DNA from: a virus
Length of the DNA: 64,000 nt
IMG/VR virus record: IMGVR_UViG_3300021364_000001
Location: 123,194 to 187,193 of that record
Reading direction: 5' to 3' (one strand)
Within the stretch, counting starts at the first letter, position 1; every line of letters starts with the position of its first letter. Below the pieces are notes generated by a model. That model was not told the DNA's origin and searched no databases. It saw only the letters and a program-made list of their open reading frames with translations. The position numbers were made by a program, and so were the translations under genes. This document shows positions 9,440 through 17,567 of the stretch, one piece after another.

Positions 9440-9446
9440 TATTTAG
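9440..9446 (-). promoter_or_regulatory. Late promoter for gp20
   Basis: CTAAATA between gp19 and gp20. Confidence 0.7.
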
Positions 9447-9458
9447 CAGGGTTAAATA

Positions 9459-10193
9459 TCAACCCCCTCTTTGACCTCTACCGCGACGGTTGCGGTTGCG
9501 ACGATTACGCTCACGACCGTGAGGTTGGTTGTTATCCGTGGTGGGCTCCCAGTATTGTACTTGGAACTCAACGGTGTACTCTTCTGCGGTGTCGTTGCTA
9601 TCCCATGCCAGGTCGATGGCAGAGATGTTAGAAGGCCAGATACCTTCAAACTGGTAGGCACCATTAGCACCGTTCTGTCTGTCGTAGTGGAACACACGAG
9701 CAGTTGCCTGGTAGTCAGCAATCGTATCAGCACGCTGATAGTTCATGCTCAGTTCCTGAATGGCACGAGCCCATGCTTCAAACTTAGTACGAAGTTGCAT
9801 TGCTTCGTCGTTCATCACAGTAACAGTCCACGGTTCAAACGTTCTGTCACCAGCGATTTTCAACTGACGACCACGGAACGGAACTTCGATCACACCGATA
9901 GTAGAAGCGGGCAGGTTTGCTGCTTTAACCAGGAAGGTGGACAGGTTGGTCTCTTGGTTACGGTTTCTGCCGCGACGACCACGACGACCTCTACCGCGAT
10001 CTCTACCGCCATCGGGACGACCAGAGTCGCCATCATCGATGTCGGGGAACTCGATAGCAACTTGGAACAGATTAGGTCTTGCCAGATCCTGAATCTGATT
10101 CCTAAAATTCATGATTGACAGTGAGGTTTCAGTTCCCTCCTGCCTTGCTTGGTTGCGGCGGCGGTTGCCACCTCTTCTCATTGGGGATGACAT
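9459..10193 (-). CDS. gp19: Tail tube protein with Arg-rich extensions
   Basis: LARPNLF, LVKAANLPASTIGVIEVPFRGRQLKIAGDRTFEPWTVTV, GIWPSNIS, EEYTVEFQVQYW; follows gp18. Confidence 0.96.
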   Translation of the reverse strand: MSSPMRRGGNRRRNQARQEGTETSLSIMNFRNQIQDLARPNLFQVAIEFPDIDDGDSGRPDGGRDRGRGRRGRRGRNRNQETNLSTFLVKAANLPASTIGVIEVPFRGRQLKIAGDRTFEPWTVTVMNDEAMQLRTKFEAWARAIQELSMNYQRADTIADYQATARVFHYDRQNGANGAYQFEGIWPSNISAIDLAWDSNDTAEEYTVEFQVQYWEPTTDNNQPHGRERNRRNRNRRGRGQRGG

Positions 10194-10239
10194 TGTTATT
10201 TTACTCCTGGGGAATTAAGATTGAAAGGGTGGGGAGAAG

Positions 10240-10257
10240 GGGGTCCCGAAGGACCCC
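10240..10257 (-). terminator. cUUCGg hairpin after gp18 (weak terminator or mRNA stabiliser)
   Basis: 18-mer identical to the gp23 hairpin but followed by CTTCTCCCC, not a U-tract. Confidence 0.65.
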
Positions 10258-10263
10258 GATAAA

Positions 10264-13065
10264 TCAACCGACGATCTCAGCGAACGAAGCGCCAGTACGG
10301 GTTGCAGTGAAGCGCAGTGTGATGAAGTTGATGGAGCGGGTGGGCTTCACGAAGATCTCCGCGAAGAACTCACCACGATCAACGGCATCATCAGGGTTGT
10401 TGCTGCTATCACAAACCACCAGATAATCTTCAATACCACGACGAGACTGAACGCCTCTCAGGTATGGGTCAACGATGTCCTTGAAGGACTGACGAGTAAA
10501 CTCATCGTTGATTTCAAACAACATGCTCTTGGCAGCATCACTGATTGCTCTCTCGATAACCAGGAACAGACGACGGACGTTGATTCTGTCGAATGCGCTA
10601 GGTTGAGCAAGACCAGTCTTGTCACCGAAGAGTACAATGCCTTCGCCAGGGAATGCGACGATAGGATTGACGCGAGAGGTGTAGAGACGATCTCTCTCTT
10701 CTTTCAGAGGAGAGTATGCCAGTTTCACAGCGTTACGGATCTGACCTCTGCTGAAACCAGCAGGGGAGAACCAGGGTTCTGCTTCGATTGCGGTATCAAG
10801 AATGAGACCAGCAACGTCAGGGTTCATAGGCAGATAACGATACTTGTCGTTATACTTGTCATAGATGTACTTGTAGTTGTTATCGAAGACAACGTACGAA
10901 GAACTAGACAGTTTGTCGAAGTATTCGACAGTCTTGTTGACGATCTCGCCGCTGCTAGGAACACCAATGATGGCGTCGCGAGGAGCAGAAACGAATGCCA
11001 TGCAGTCCTGACGGGTTTCGGCAAGGTCGATCATCTTCTGTGCCTTGGCGACAGAATCATCATCGTTGCTCATGGCAGGACCCATGATCACATAATCGAT
11101 TTCCTCAGTCTCGGGATCAGAGAACAGATCGTAGGAATCGAACAGTTTGTCACGCTCAGCAGAGTAACCGTCAACACCACCGCGAAGTTCATACTTCAAG
11201 GTAGCGGTGCCCTTGGTGTTAACCAGAGCAATAGACAGGAGGTTGCTGCCAGTGGGATCGTCGATAGACTTGATCGCTTCGGTGTTCTTGAACAGGTCAA
11301 ACTTACGGTTCAGAACAGCACCACCAATGTCACCAGTCAGGTTGGCGTCAACATCAAACAGTTTGATGTTCTCGTGAGCACCCCAGAACAGGAAAGCGGA
11401 GTTTGCCTTGATGACATCCTTGTAGTACAGGTTGGAACCCTGAGGAGTCTTGGCGTCGCGTGCCTTGGATACGTTCAGGAACTTTTCAAGAACAGCACCA
11501 GGTGTGCCAGTGATACCACCGTCGCCATCAAGGACGAGGATGTGCATCAGGTCGCGGAAACCACCACGCTCAGAAGCGTAAACGGAAGTACCAGGACGCT
11601 CACCGATGGCAGACCACTTCTGGTTAGGACCATACAGTCTGCTGATGTACTCGTTCTCAACAGCAGTGATAACCACGTTATCACCTTCGTTGATACCAGA
11701 ATTAACAGTCGAGGAATCCTTGATGGTCAGGTTAGCAGCGAACTGCTTAGAACCTTCGTTCAGGACAACGGCGAGACGACGTTGTACGGCAGAAACCACG
11801 GCGCTATCACCAGTAGCAGCACCAGCAACCCCACCATTGTTACCCAGTTCGGTGATGGTGTTACCAACAGACAGGTGATCGGAAGAGGTTGAGTCAACAG
11901 TCAGTTCAACTTGTCTCTTAGCAGCGTCGTATGCAACAACGCGACCAGTTACGTTACCGCTGTTAGCAGTAAAGAAGTTGTCAGCGTTGAACTCACCAAC
12001 CAGAGTAGAACCAGCAGCGAGGGTTACGATCAAGGAGTAAGAATACACCTTGGAGTAGATGTTACCATTAGAGAAGTTAACAGCAGCACCAGTGGTCATC
12101 TGCCACTCAGCGGCACCGTCAGCAGGCTCAGCGAGGGAGAGGATCTGGTCAGGACCAGCGTCAGTCATCACCACGCGGATGCTGTTGCCATAAGTACCAG
12201 GAGTACGGGCAGCCCACTTCCAGTTGTTAGAAGCATCTTCTACGTTTGCTTCATACTCATCAACGTTCTTGATCTTAGGAGGAGTAACACCAGTGCTGGT
12301 TTCCTCATCGATGGCGGTCTTGGCAGTAGTAACAGTTCTCAGGTCAACGGCAACACCGTCAGTGTGAGAAGCAGCAGCAGTACCAAGTTGAGCACGAGTA
12401 ACAGTCAGGTCATTGCCATTAACAGCAGTAACCTGCAAGATCTCGTCGTCGATCTCGATGTAAGAGTTGGTGGTAGCACCCAGAGTAGGAACCGAGGTAA
12501 CCGTGATGGTGGTATCGGTATCGTTCAGAGTGGCACCTTGGTTCAAGGTGGTAGCAGAACCAGCAGGTTCAATCAGAGTGATGTTAGCACCAGCAGCGTG
12601 AGAAGCAGCAGATGTGCTGTACTGACCGCGAGTAACTGAAATGTCCTTACCAGAAATTGCAGTGATAACCAGGATTTCAGCATCAATCAGGAGGAGGTCA
12701 CCAACATCAAATCCAGTAGCATCGGCAACGGTCAGGGTCGTGTCGATAGCGGTAAAGTTTGTTTGGGTGAAGGTCGCAGTGTCGATTGCGTTCTTCAAAG
12801 AGGAGTTGTCAGCACGGACAACTTTAACGGTTCCGCCGTACAGCATAAACTGTGCGACAGAGAACCAGTATTCGTAGTTCTGGTCATTGGGCTCACCGAA
12901 GATCTCGATGAGTTGGCGTTCGGAAGAGATGTCTACGATCTCTTCAACAGGTCCTTGGGCGAAAGTTCCAACAAAAGCACCGACGTTATCAATCGTCGCG
13001 TTAATAGTGTTGGTAAGATCTCTCTCCTGGACCAATACACCTGGTGATACTTGTGTGTTGGCCAT
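10264..13065 (-). CDS. gp18: Contractile tail sheath protein (enlarged, 933 aa)
   Basis: VSPGVLVQERDLT, FAQGPVEE, WFSPAGFSRG, LFGDKT, AFDRINVRRLF, RSINFITLRFTATRTGASF. Confidence 0.98.
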   Translation of the reverse strand: MANTQVSPGVLVQERDLTNTINATIDNVGAFVGTFAQGPVEEIVDISSERQLIEIFGEPNDQNYEYWFSVAQFMLYGGTVKVVRADNSSLKNAIDTATFTQTNFTAIDTTLTVADATGFDVGDLLLIDAEILVITAISGKDISVTRGQYSTSAASHAAGANITLIEPAGSATTLNQGATLNDTDTTITVTSVPTLGATTNSYIEIDDEILQVTAVNGNDLTVTRAQLGTAAASHTDGVAVDLRTVTTAKTAIDEETSTGVTPPKIKNVDEYEANVEDASNNWKWAARTPGTYGNSIRVVMTDAGPDQILSLAEPADGAAEWQMTTGAAVNFSNGNIYSKVYSYSLIVTLAAGSTLVGEFNADNFFTANSGNVTGRVVAYDAAKRQVELTVDSTSSDHLSVGNTITELGNNGGVAGAATGDSAVVSAVQRRLAVVLNEGSKQFAANLTIKDSSTVNSGINEGDNVVITAVENEYISRLYGPNQKWSAIGERPGTSVYASERGGFRDLMHILVLDGDGGITGTPGAVLEKFLNVSKARDAKTPQGSNLYYKDVIKANSAFLFWGAHENIKLFDVDANLTGDIGGAVLNRKFDLFKNTEAIKSIDDPTGSNLLSIALVNTKGTATLKYELRGGVDGYSAERDKLFDSYDLFSDPETEEIDYVIMGPAMSNDDDSVAKAQKMIDLAETRQDCMAFVSAPRDAIIGVPSSGEIVNKTVEYFDKLSSSSYVVFDNNYKYIYDKYNDKYRYLPMNPDVAGLILDTAIEAEPWFSPAGFSRGQIRNAVKLAYSPLKEERDRLYTSRVNPIVAFPGEGIVLFGDKTGLAQPSAFDRINVRRLFLVIERAISDAAKSMLFEINDEFTRQSFKDIVDPYLRGVQSRRGIEDYLVVCDSSNNPDDAVDRGEFFAEIFVKPTRSINFITLRFTATRTGASFAEIVG

Positions 13066-13105
13066 TGCGGTTTTGTCTCCTGATGAATTCAGTGGATGCT
13101 ACTAT

Positions 13106-13112
13106 TATTTAG
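13106..13112 (-). promoter_or_regulatory. Late promoter for gp18/gp19
   Basis: CTAAATA about 40 nt upstream of the gp18 start. Confidence 0.75.
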
Positions 13113-13151
13113 AAAAATACACCTTTTCATTGGGGAAACAGGCCGTGAACA

Positions 13152-13382
13152 TTACCAGTCTGGGTACTCCCACTTGTTGTAAACTTTGTTCGCCATCCTA
13201 TTTGCCGTGACTCTTATGATGGTACAACTTCTACATTCATATGAAAATGCACCAGGGTTAGATCCTCTGTCTTTTCTTGTTCGATAGAATCCATCAATGA
13301 GATCTTTTGTTTTGCCACACGTCTTACATGTGCGTTGTGCAAGTAAGATATGTTCTAGTTCAAATTCGTTTTCTAATTCCAC
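13152..13382 (-). CDS. Small CxxC...CxxC zinc-ribbon protein
   Basis: RTCKTCG...YECRSC; GTG start overlaps the gp17 stop (TAGTG). Confidence 0.75.
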   Translation of the reverse strand: MELENEFELEHILLAQRTCKTCGKTKDLIDGFYRTRKDRGSNPGAFSYECRSCTIIRVTANRMANKVYNKWEYPDW

Positions 13383-15043
13383 TACCTATAATCCCACATA
13401 TAGGACATGTCGCCATACTCTCCTACGGTAGAAGCATTACTCCACACTTGCCCCTCTGGATCTACAAATGACTCTTCGTCTAGACCATCAGAGATAAAAC
13501 CAAACGGTGCCATGTCTGCTTCAATCTGTTCCTTCTGTTCCAGATACATCCTATGTCTGACATCAGCATCATTTAGTTCTCGGAAATAGTCAGACGTTGC
13601 CAACCAAGAGAACATAACCAAGCACATAGCAAGGTCATCATTACATCCGTCCTCTGCTTCCCATGCCTGACCCTTCTGAATGAACGTAGTTAGTTCTGCA
13701 ATTACGTCGTAGTCATTGATAATGAGTTTGTCATCCTCAATCAACTGCTTCATGTTTGCACACCCAGTCTTCTTAACTGTGGTGGACATCTTGACGCCCA
13801 TCTGTGTCTTGTTACCAGAGAAACCCTGTCCTACAACCTGCCCTGCTCTACCACGCATGGCACACATCAGAAGGTTATCGTATTCAAGATCAAACTGTAA
13901 GATGTCTGCTACCTGTCCACCGATGTCATTGACTTCACAGAGCACATATGCATGGTTGTATGCTGTGGCAACTTGGTGTATGATATTGGGGAACAACAGA
14001 GGTTTGATCTGGTTGTTCCTATACTTGGCAACCATCTTATATGGGATAGTCGAGGTATCAATAACCGTGAACGCTGAATAATCTTTTGTTACGCCTCTTG
14101 CAACGTCAACAGTGATCACGTATTGAGCACCTTCTTTGGGTTCTTCAAATACATCTAGACCCTTGTTCCTAGTAAGTGGTTCCTCATAGACCATCGTCCT
14201 AAGTTTAGAAGCAGAGATAAGGGTATCAACTGATCCTAAGAACTCGCATTCAAACTCGACCCTGAACTGCTCTTCTGACGTGTTCTTAATAGTCTGTTCT
14301 TTCCAGACTTCATCACGACCAGGAACTTCTGACCAGTGAACCTCTGTTGTTGTATACTCGTTCTTCCCACGCTCTGCGTCATGCCACAGTTTGTAGAACA
14401 TGTTCATCCCGTGTGGCGTAGAGATGATGATTACTTTGGTTGATTTACCAGAAGAAATAGTAGGATAAACAGAACTGAAAAACTGGTCAGCGATATGATT
14501 CGGAATGAACGCGAATTCGTCCAGAAAAATGACGTTAAAAGACATGCCCCTGACAGCAGAAGCGGAAGTAGATGCAGCCATGATCTTACTTCCATTCTCC
14601 AATTCCAGAGATCCTCTGTTCCACTGATTGATGCCTTGTTGCATCCACTTGGGGAGGTTTTCATAACTAAGTTGAAGTCTTTGTAGCATCTCGCGAGCAG
14701 TTGCTGCTTTGTTCGCGAGGATTGCTACGTTTACGTTGTCGTTAAAAATAACATACCACAACAGGTACGAGGTAACGATGGTGGACTTACCCGACTGTCG
14801 TGGTAGTTTTGCGATGTTGAATCTATGTTCGTGAAACTTCCTAGTCATATCGACTTGGAAGTCATACATGTCAAAGGGGATCAGACCTTTGTCAAGTGAG
14901 ATAATCCTAATATACTTTTTAATGAAATATACTGGGTCTTTTGAACACTTGACGAATTCTTCAACCTGCTCAGGGGTGAACGACATTCCGACGTTCGCCT
15001 TTTTGAGATTAGGATTACCAAGATAGATCTGATCTGAACTCAT
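13382..15043 (-). CDS. gp17: Terminase large subunit
   Basis: YLGNPNLK, Walker A PRQSGKS, IFLDEFAF, IISTPHGMNMFY, nuclease DVARG and DDLAMCL; no intein seen. Confidence 0.99.
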   Translation of the reverse strand: MSSDQIYLGNPNLKKANVGMSFTPEQVEEFVKCSKDPVYFIKKYIRIISLDKGLIPFDMYDFQVDMTRKFHEHRFNIAKLPRQSGKSTIVTSYLLWYVIFNDNVNVAILANKAATAREMLQRLQLSYENLPKWMQQGINQWNRGSLELENGSKIMAASTSASAVRGMSFNVIFLDEFAFIPNHIADQFFSSVYPTISSGKSTKVIIISTPHGMNMFYKLWHDAERGKNEYTTTEVHWSEVPGRDEVWKEQTIKNTSEEQFRVEFECEFLGSVDTLISASKLRTMVYEEPLTRNKGLDVFEEPKEGAQYVITVDVARGVTKDYSAFTVIDTSTIPYKMVAKYRNNQIKPLLFPNIIHQVATAYNHAYVLCEVNDIGGQVADILQFDLEYDNLLMCAMRGRAGQVVGQGFSGNKTQMGVKMSTTVKKTGCANMKQLIEDDKLIINDYDVIAELTTFIQKGQAWEAEDGCNDDLAMCLVMFSWLATSDYFRELNDADVRHRMYLEQKEQIEADMAPFGFISDGLDEESFVDPEGQVWSNASTVGEYGDMSYMWDYR

Positions 15044-15366
15044 TATTCTACGTGTACCGTACCAATCATGCCAGCACCCTTATGGGGACCACACCAGTAT
15101 GTATAATCACCTGCCTCAGCAAAAGTGACATCAAACTCTTCACCAGGTAGCATTGCCAGACCCTCGTGAGAGATCTCAGGATGGTCCTCAACCACCACGT
15201 TATGAGGTGGGAGCATATTATTAACGAAATGAACTGATTCCCCAGCGGAGATAGTAACCTCAGCAGGATCGAATACTAGGTTCCCACCAGAACCCATCTG
15301 AACGTCTACTGCCCATGCAGGAGCAGCAAGGAAAAGTGTAGCAAGAAACGCGAATAGAAATTTCAT
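15043..15366 (-). CDS. petE: Plastocyanin (auxiliary metabolic gene)
   Basis: Signal peptide ending APAWA, LVFDPAEVTI, PPHNVV, and YWCGPHKGAGM giving the H/C/H/M type-1 copper ligands. Confidence 0.96.
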   Translation of the reverse strand: MKFLFAFLATLFLAAPAWAVDVQMGSGGNLVFDPAEVTISAGESVHFVNNMLPPHNVVVEDHPEISHEGLAMLPGEEFDVTFAEAGDYTYWCGPHKGAGMIGTVHVE

Positions 15367-15367
15367 T

Positions 15368-15451
15368 TTAACCTCTGTATCTAACAGGCCAAGTCGCTTC
15401 CATACCAGCGACTAGTAACATGACAAAGGTGAACACGAAGAGTGCGGTCAT
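15368..15451 (-). CDS. 27-aa hydrophobic micro-peptide
   Basis: Manual translation MTALFVFTFVMLLVAGMEATWPVRYRG; exactly fills the gap, ATGA overlap upstream and 1 nt before petE. Confidence 0.6.
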   Translation of the reverse strand: MTALFVFTFVMLLVAGMEATWPVRYRG

Positions 15452-15909
15452 TCGACCAAGGTGCCATGAGCACGACGAATCTCTCTAAGTTCTTCAAAAT
15501 CTTTTTGTTTGGTTCCACCATCGTATGCCCAAGCGTAACCCTCCTCAATCATTTGTTCGTTGAGGGACACATCTCCGTCGCCAATGTAAAGCCAACCCAG
15601 AAGACGCCCATATTTCCCAACGCCACCAACAAGTTCAGTCCTGATAACAAGATCATCATCACCAGCCACCGCGCCTTCCAGTTTTTCTTTGAGCCAGTTG
15701 GTTGCATCTTTACCTAACTCCTTTTCTTCAAGGTCTCTGGTACGCTTTTCAGGTGTGTCCACCCCAGCAACACGGACTCTCTCTTTCTTATAAAGATCGA
15801 ACCCCAAGTCGATGGTCACATCGATTGTGTCTCCGTCGAGAACTCTATTGATCTCGATCACTCGGAAGTTGTAACAACTCTTCCTGTTCGGTGGCACCAT
15901 TGCTCCCAT
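15448..15909 (-). CDS. Staphylococcal-nuclease-like (thermonuclease) protein
   Basis: RVLDGDTIDV, RVRVAGVDTPE, KYGRLLGWLY, MIEEGYAW. Confidence 0.88.
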   Translation of the reverse strand: MGAMVPPNRKSCYNFRVIEINRVLDGDTIDVTIDLGFDLYKKERVRVAGVDTPEKRTRDLEEKELGKDATNWLKEKLEGAVAGDDDLVIRTELVGGVGKYGRLLGWLYIGDGDVSLNEQMIEEGYAWAYDGGTKQKDFEELREIRRAHGTLVE

Positions 15910-16045
15910 CTTCTAACTCCTTATATGCTAGTTGTAATATGGTATATATGTAATAAGCAACGCCCGCCAGAAGGATTAAGAGACACCAGATAATAGACCA
16001 GGTGACATCATTAATATCTTCTAACGGGCGTAGTATTAAATTCAA
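15845..16045 (-). CDS. Small membrane protein
   Basis: 66 aa, single transmembrane segment; ATGA overlap upstream. Confidence 0.65.
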   Translation of the reverse strand: MNLILRPLEDINDVTWSIIWCLLILLAGVAYYIYTILQLAYKELEDGSNGATEQEELLQLPSDRDQ

Positions 16046-16185
16046 GGATTACGTGGATCAATACCTAAACTATGTAGGTACTCAGTCCACCATTCTGGAT
16101 CCTTTCGTTTCCATTTCGGGACATCTTTTCCACGTTCGGAGTACCACTCGTAGAGGGACTTATCGATAGTCTGTGCGATCTCCAA
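16042..16185 (-). CDS. Small Trp-rich hypothetical protein
   Basis: Likely TTG start at 16185 after GAGGA: (L)EIAQTIDKSLYEWYSERGKDVPKWKRKDPEWWTEYLHSLGIDPRNP; the track's longer N-terminus overlaps the upstream gene. Confidence 0.6.
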   Translation of the reverse strand: MEIAQTIDKSLYEWYSERGKDVPKWKRKDPEWWTEYLHSLGIDPRNP

Positions 16186-16372
16186 ATTCCTCTTCTTCTT
16201 CATCAACATCTGCATATGGGTTCTCCAAATAGGGTCCTCGTTTTCGTAGAGGTTCTTTTCGGACATAATCCTTCTCAGTATTGACTGCACTAAGTAGAAC
16301 AGCTAACTTCATTACTATGTAGATAATTGCCAATGGCGCAAAACATAACAACAGAGTTAGTTGATACTTCAT
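16160..16372 (-). CDS. Small membrane-anchored protein with acidic tail
   Basis: 70 aa, N-terminal hydrophobic helix, DEEEEEF tail; ATGA overlap with gnd stop. Confidence 0.7.
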   Translation of the reverse strand: MKYQLTLLLCFAPLAIIYIVMKLAVLLSAVNTEKDYVRKEPLRKRGPYLENPYADVDEEEEEFGDRTDYR

Positions 16373-17412
16373 CTTACGTCGTGTCCTCCAAACATTGCTC
16401 TCATTCCATTCAGAACCTTGGCAGCGAAAGCACCAAGACGGCGCGACTCAAAACGAGACCACAACGCACTGCTGATGACAGGAGCGGGTACGCCAAGATC
16501 CACAGCAGCGTGAACCGTCCAACGACCCTCACCACTGTCTGATACTCCACCATCGAATTTGCTAAGTTCTCGATCACGGCTAAGTACATCAGCGGTAAGA
16601 TCGAGTAACCAAGAACCAACCACAGAACCACGACGCCAACACTCAGCAACCTTAGCAACGTCAATGTCGTAGCAATAATCGGCAGGGTTGTCCATTGGGG
16701 CGACCTCTGCGTCTCCTTCCTTGACATACTTAGATCCTGCATTTGCTTCGTGTAGGATGTTGAATCCTTCGGCATACGCCTGCATGATACCATACTCGAT
16801 ACCATTGTGGACCATCTTTACAAAATGCCCAGCACCTGCTTTGCCAGCGTAAATCCATCCATACTCCTCAGGGTAGAGGGTGTAACCATCTCGCTCACGG
16901 GTGCGTGGGGCAGCAGCAATGCCTGGTGAGAGGGCGTCGAAGATAGGACGGCAGACGGATACTGCATGATCTGCACCACCAACCATAAGACAGTATCCAC
17001 GCTCCAAACCATAAACACCGCCACTAGTGCCACAGTCAAGATACGAGATGCCAAGTTTAGACAACCTTTCTGCCCTCCTGCGAGAGTCCTTAAAATTGCT
17101 ATTGCCATGATCAATAATAATATCTCCCTCCACACAAAATTGTAGTAACTCATTGAGTGTGTCCTCTACTGTTTCTGCTGGTACAACCATCATGAAAACA
17201 CCTGGCACTTCGCCAGTCATGGGTGATCCTGCGTGTACTACTTGAACAAGGCTTTCCACAGAAGTGGTATATCCACTGATATAACCCTTCTCATATTGTT
17301 CCTCAGCCTTTTTAACATTGTTTCTAAATCCATGAACTTCGTGTCCTGCTGCGATAAGACGGCGGGACATACCCTCACCCATCCTACCTAGTCCGATCAT
17401 TCCTACTTTCAT
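16369..17412 (-). CDS. gnd: 6-phosphogluconate dehydrogenase, short phage/Actinobacterial-type form
   Basis: MKVGMIGLGRMG, IIDHGNS, LDCGTSGG, AGHFVKMVHNGIEYG, VSDSGEGRW, AMFGGH. Confidence 0.97.
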   Translation of the reverse strand: MKVGMIGLGRMGEGMSRRLIAAGHEVHGFRNNVKKAEEQYEKGYISGYTTSVESLVQVVHAGSPMTGEVPGVFMMVVPAETVEDTLNELLQFCVEGDIIIDHGNSNFKDSRRRAERLSKLGISYLDCGTSGGVYGLERGYCLMVGGADHAVSVCRPIFDALSPGIAAAPRTRERDGYTLYPEEYGWIYAGKAGAGHFVKMVHNGIEYGIMQAYAEGFNILHEANAGSKYVKEGDAEVAPMDNPADYCYDIDVAKVAECWRRGSVVGSWLLDLTADVLSRDRELSKFDGGVSDSGEGRWTVHAAVDLGVPAPVISSALWSRFESRRLGAFAAKVLNGMRAMFGGHDVR

Positions 17413-17567
17413 TTGTGTTTCTTAGTAAAAGGTTCCCAGTGTTCCCACCCATAATGGTGGACTGCCCACATCCCTACGATAGGGACGAAGACTAAACAGA
17501 ATCCCATGACACCTAAGCACCATGGGGTATTCATAACTGCTCTAACGAACAGTTGTATGTGACTCAT
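17409..17567 (-). CDS. 52-aa single-pass membrane protein between zwf and gnd
   Basis: Manual translation MSHIQLFVRAVMNTPWCLGVMGFCLVFVPIVGMWAVHHYGWEHWEPFTKKHK; ATGA overlaps at both ends. Confidence 0.75.
   Translation of the reverse strand: MSHIQLFVRAVMNTPWCLGVMGFCLVFVPIVGMWAVHHYGWEHWEPFTKKHK

Noticed and set aside
9452-9733. Alternative-frame minus-strand ORF inside gp19, and similar nested ORFs elsewhere
   Set aside because: Out-of-frame by-products without ribosome-binding sites or recognisable features.
10264-15043. Intein or intron explaining the size of gp18, or within gp17
   Set aside because: No intein splice motifs or LAGLIDADG/HNH core seen; gp18's extra length is repeat and beta domains, and gp17 is of normal size.
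16186-16290. Track's N-terminal extension of the 16042 ORF
   Set aside because: It lies wholly within the upstream 70-aa gene; a GAGGA-TTG start at 16185 is more plausible.
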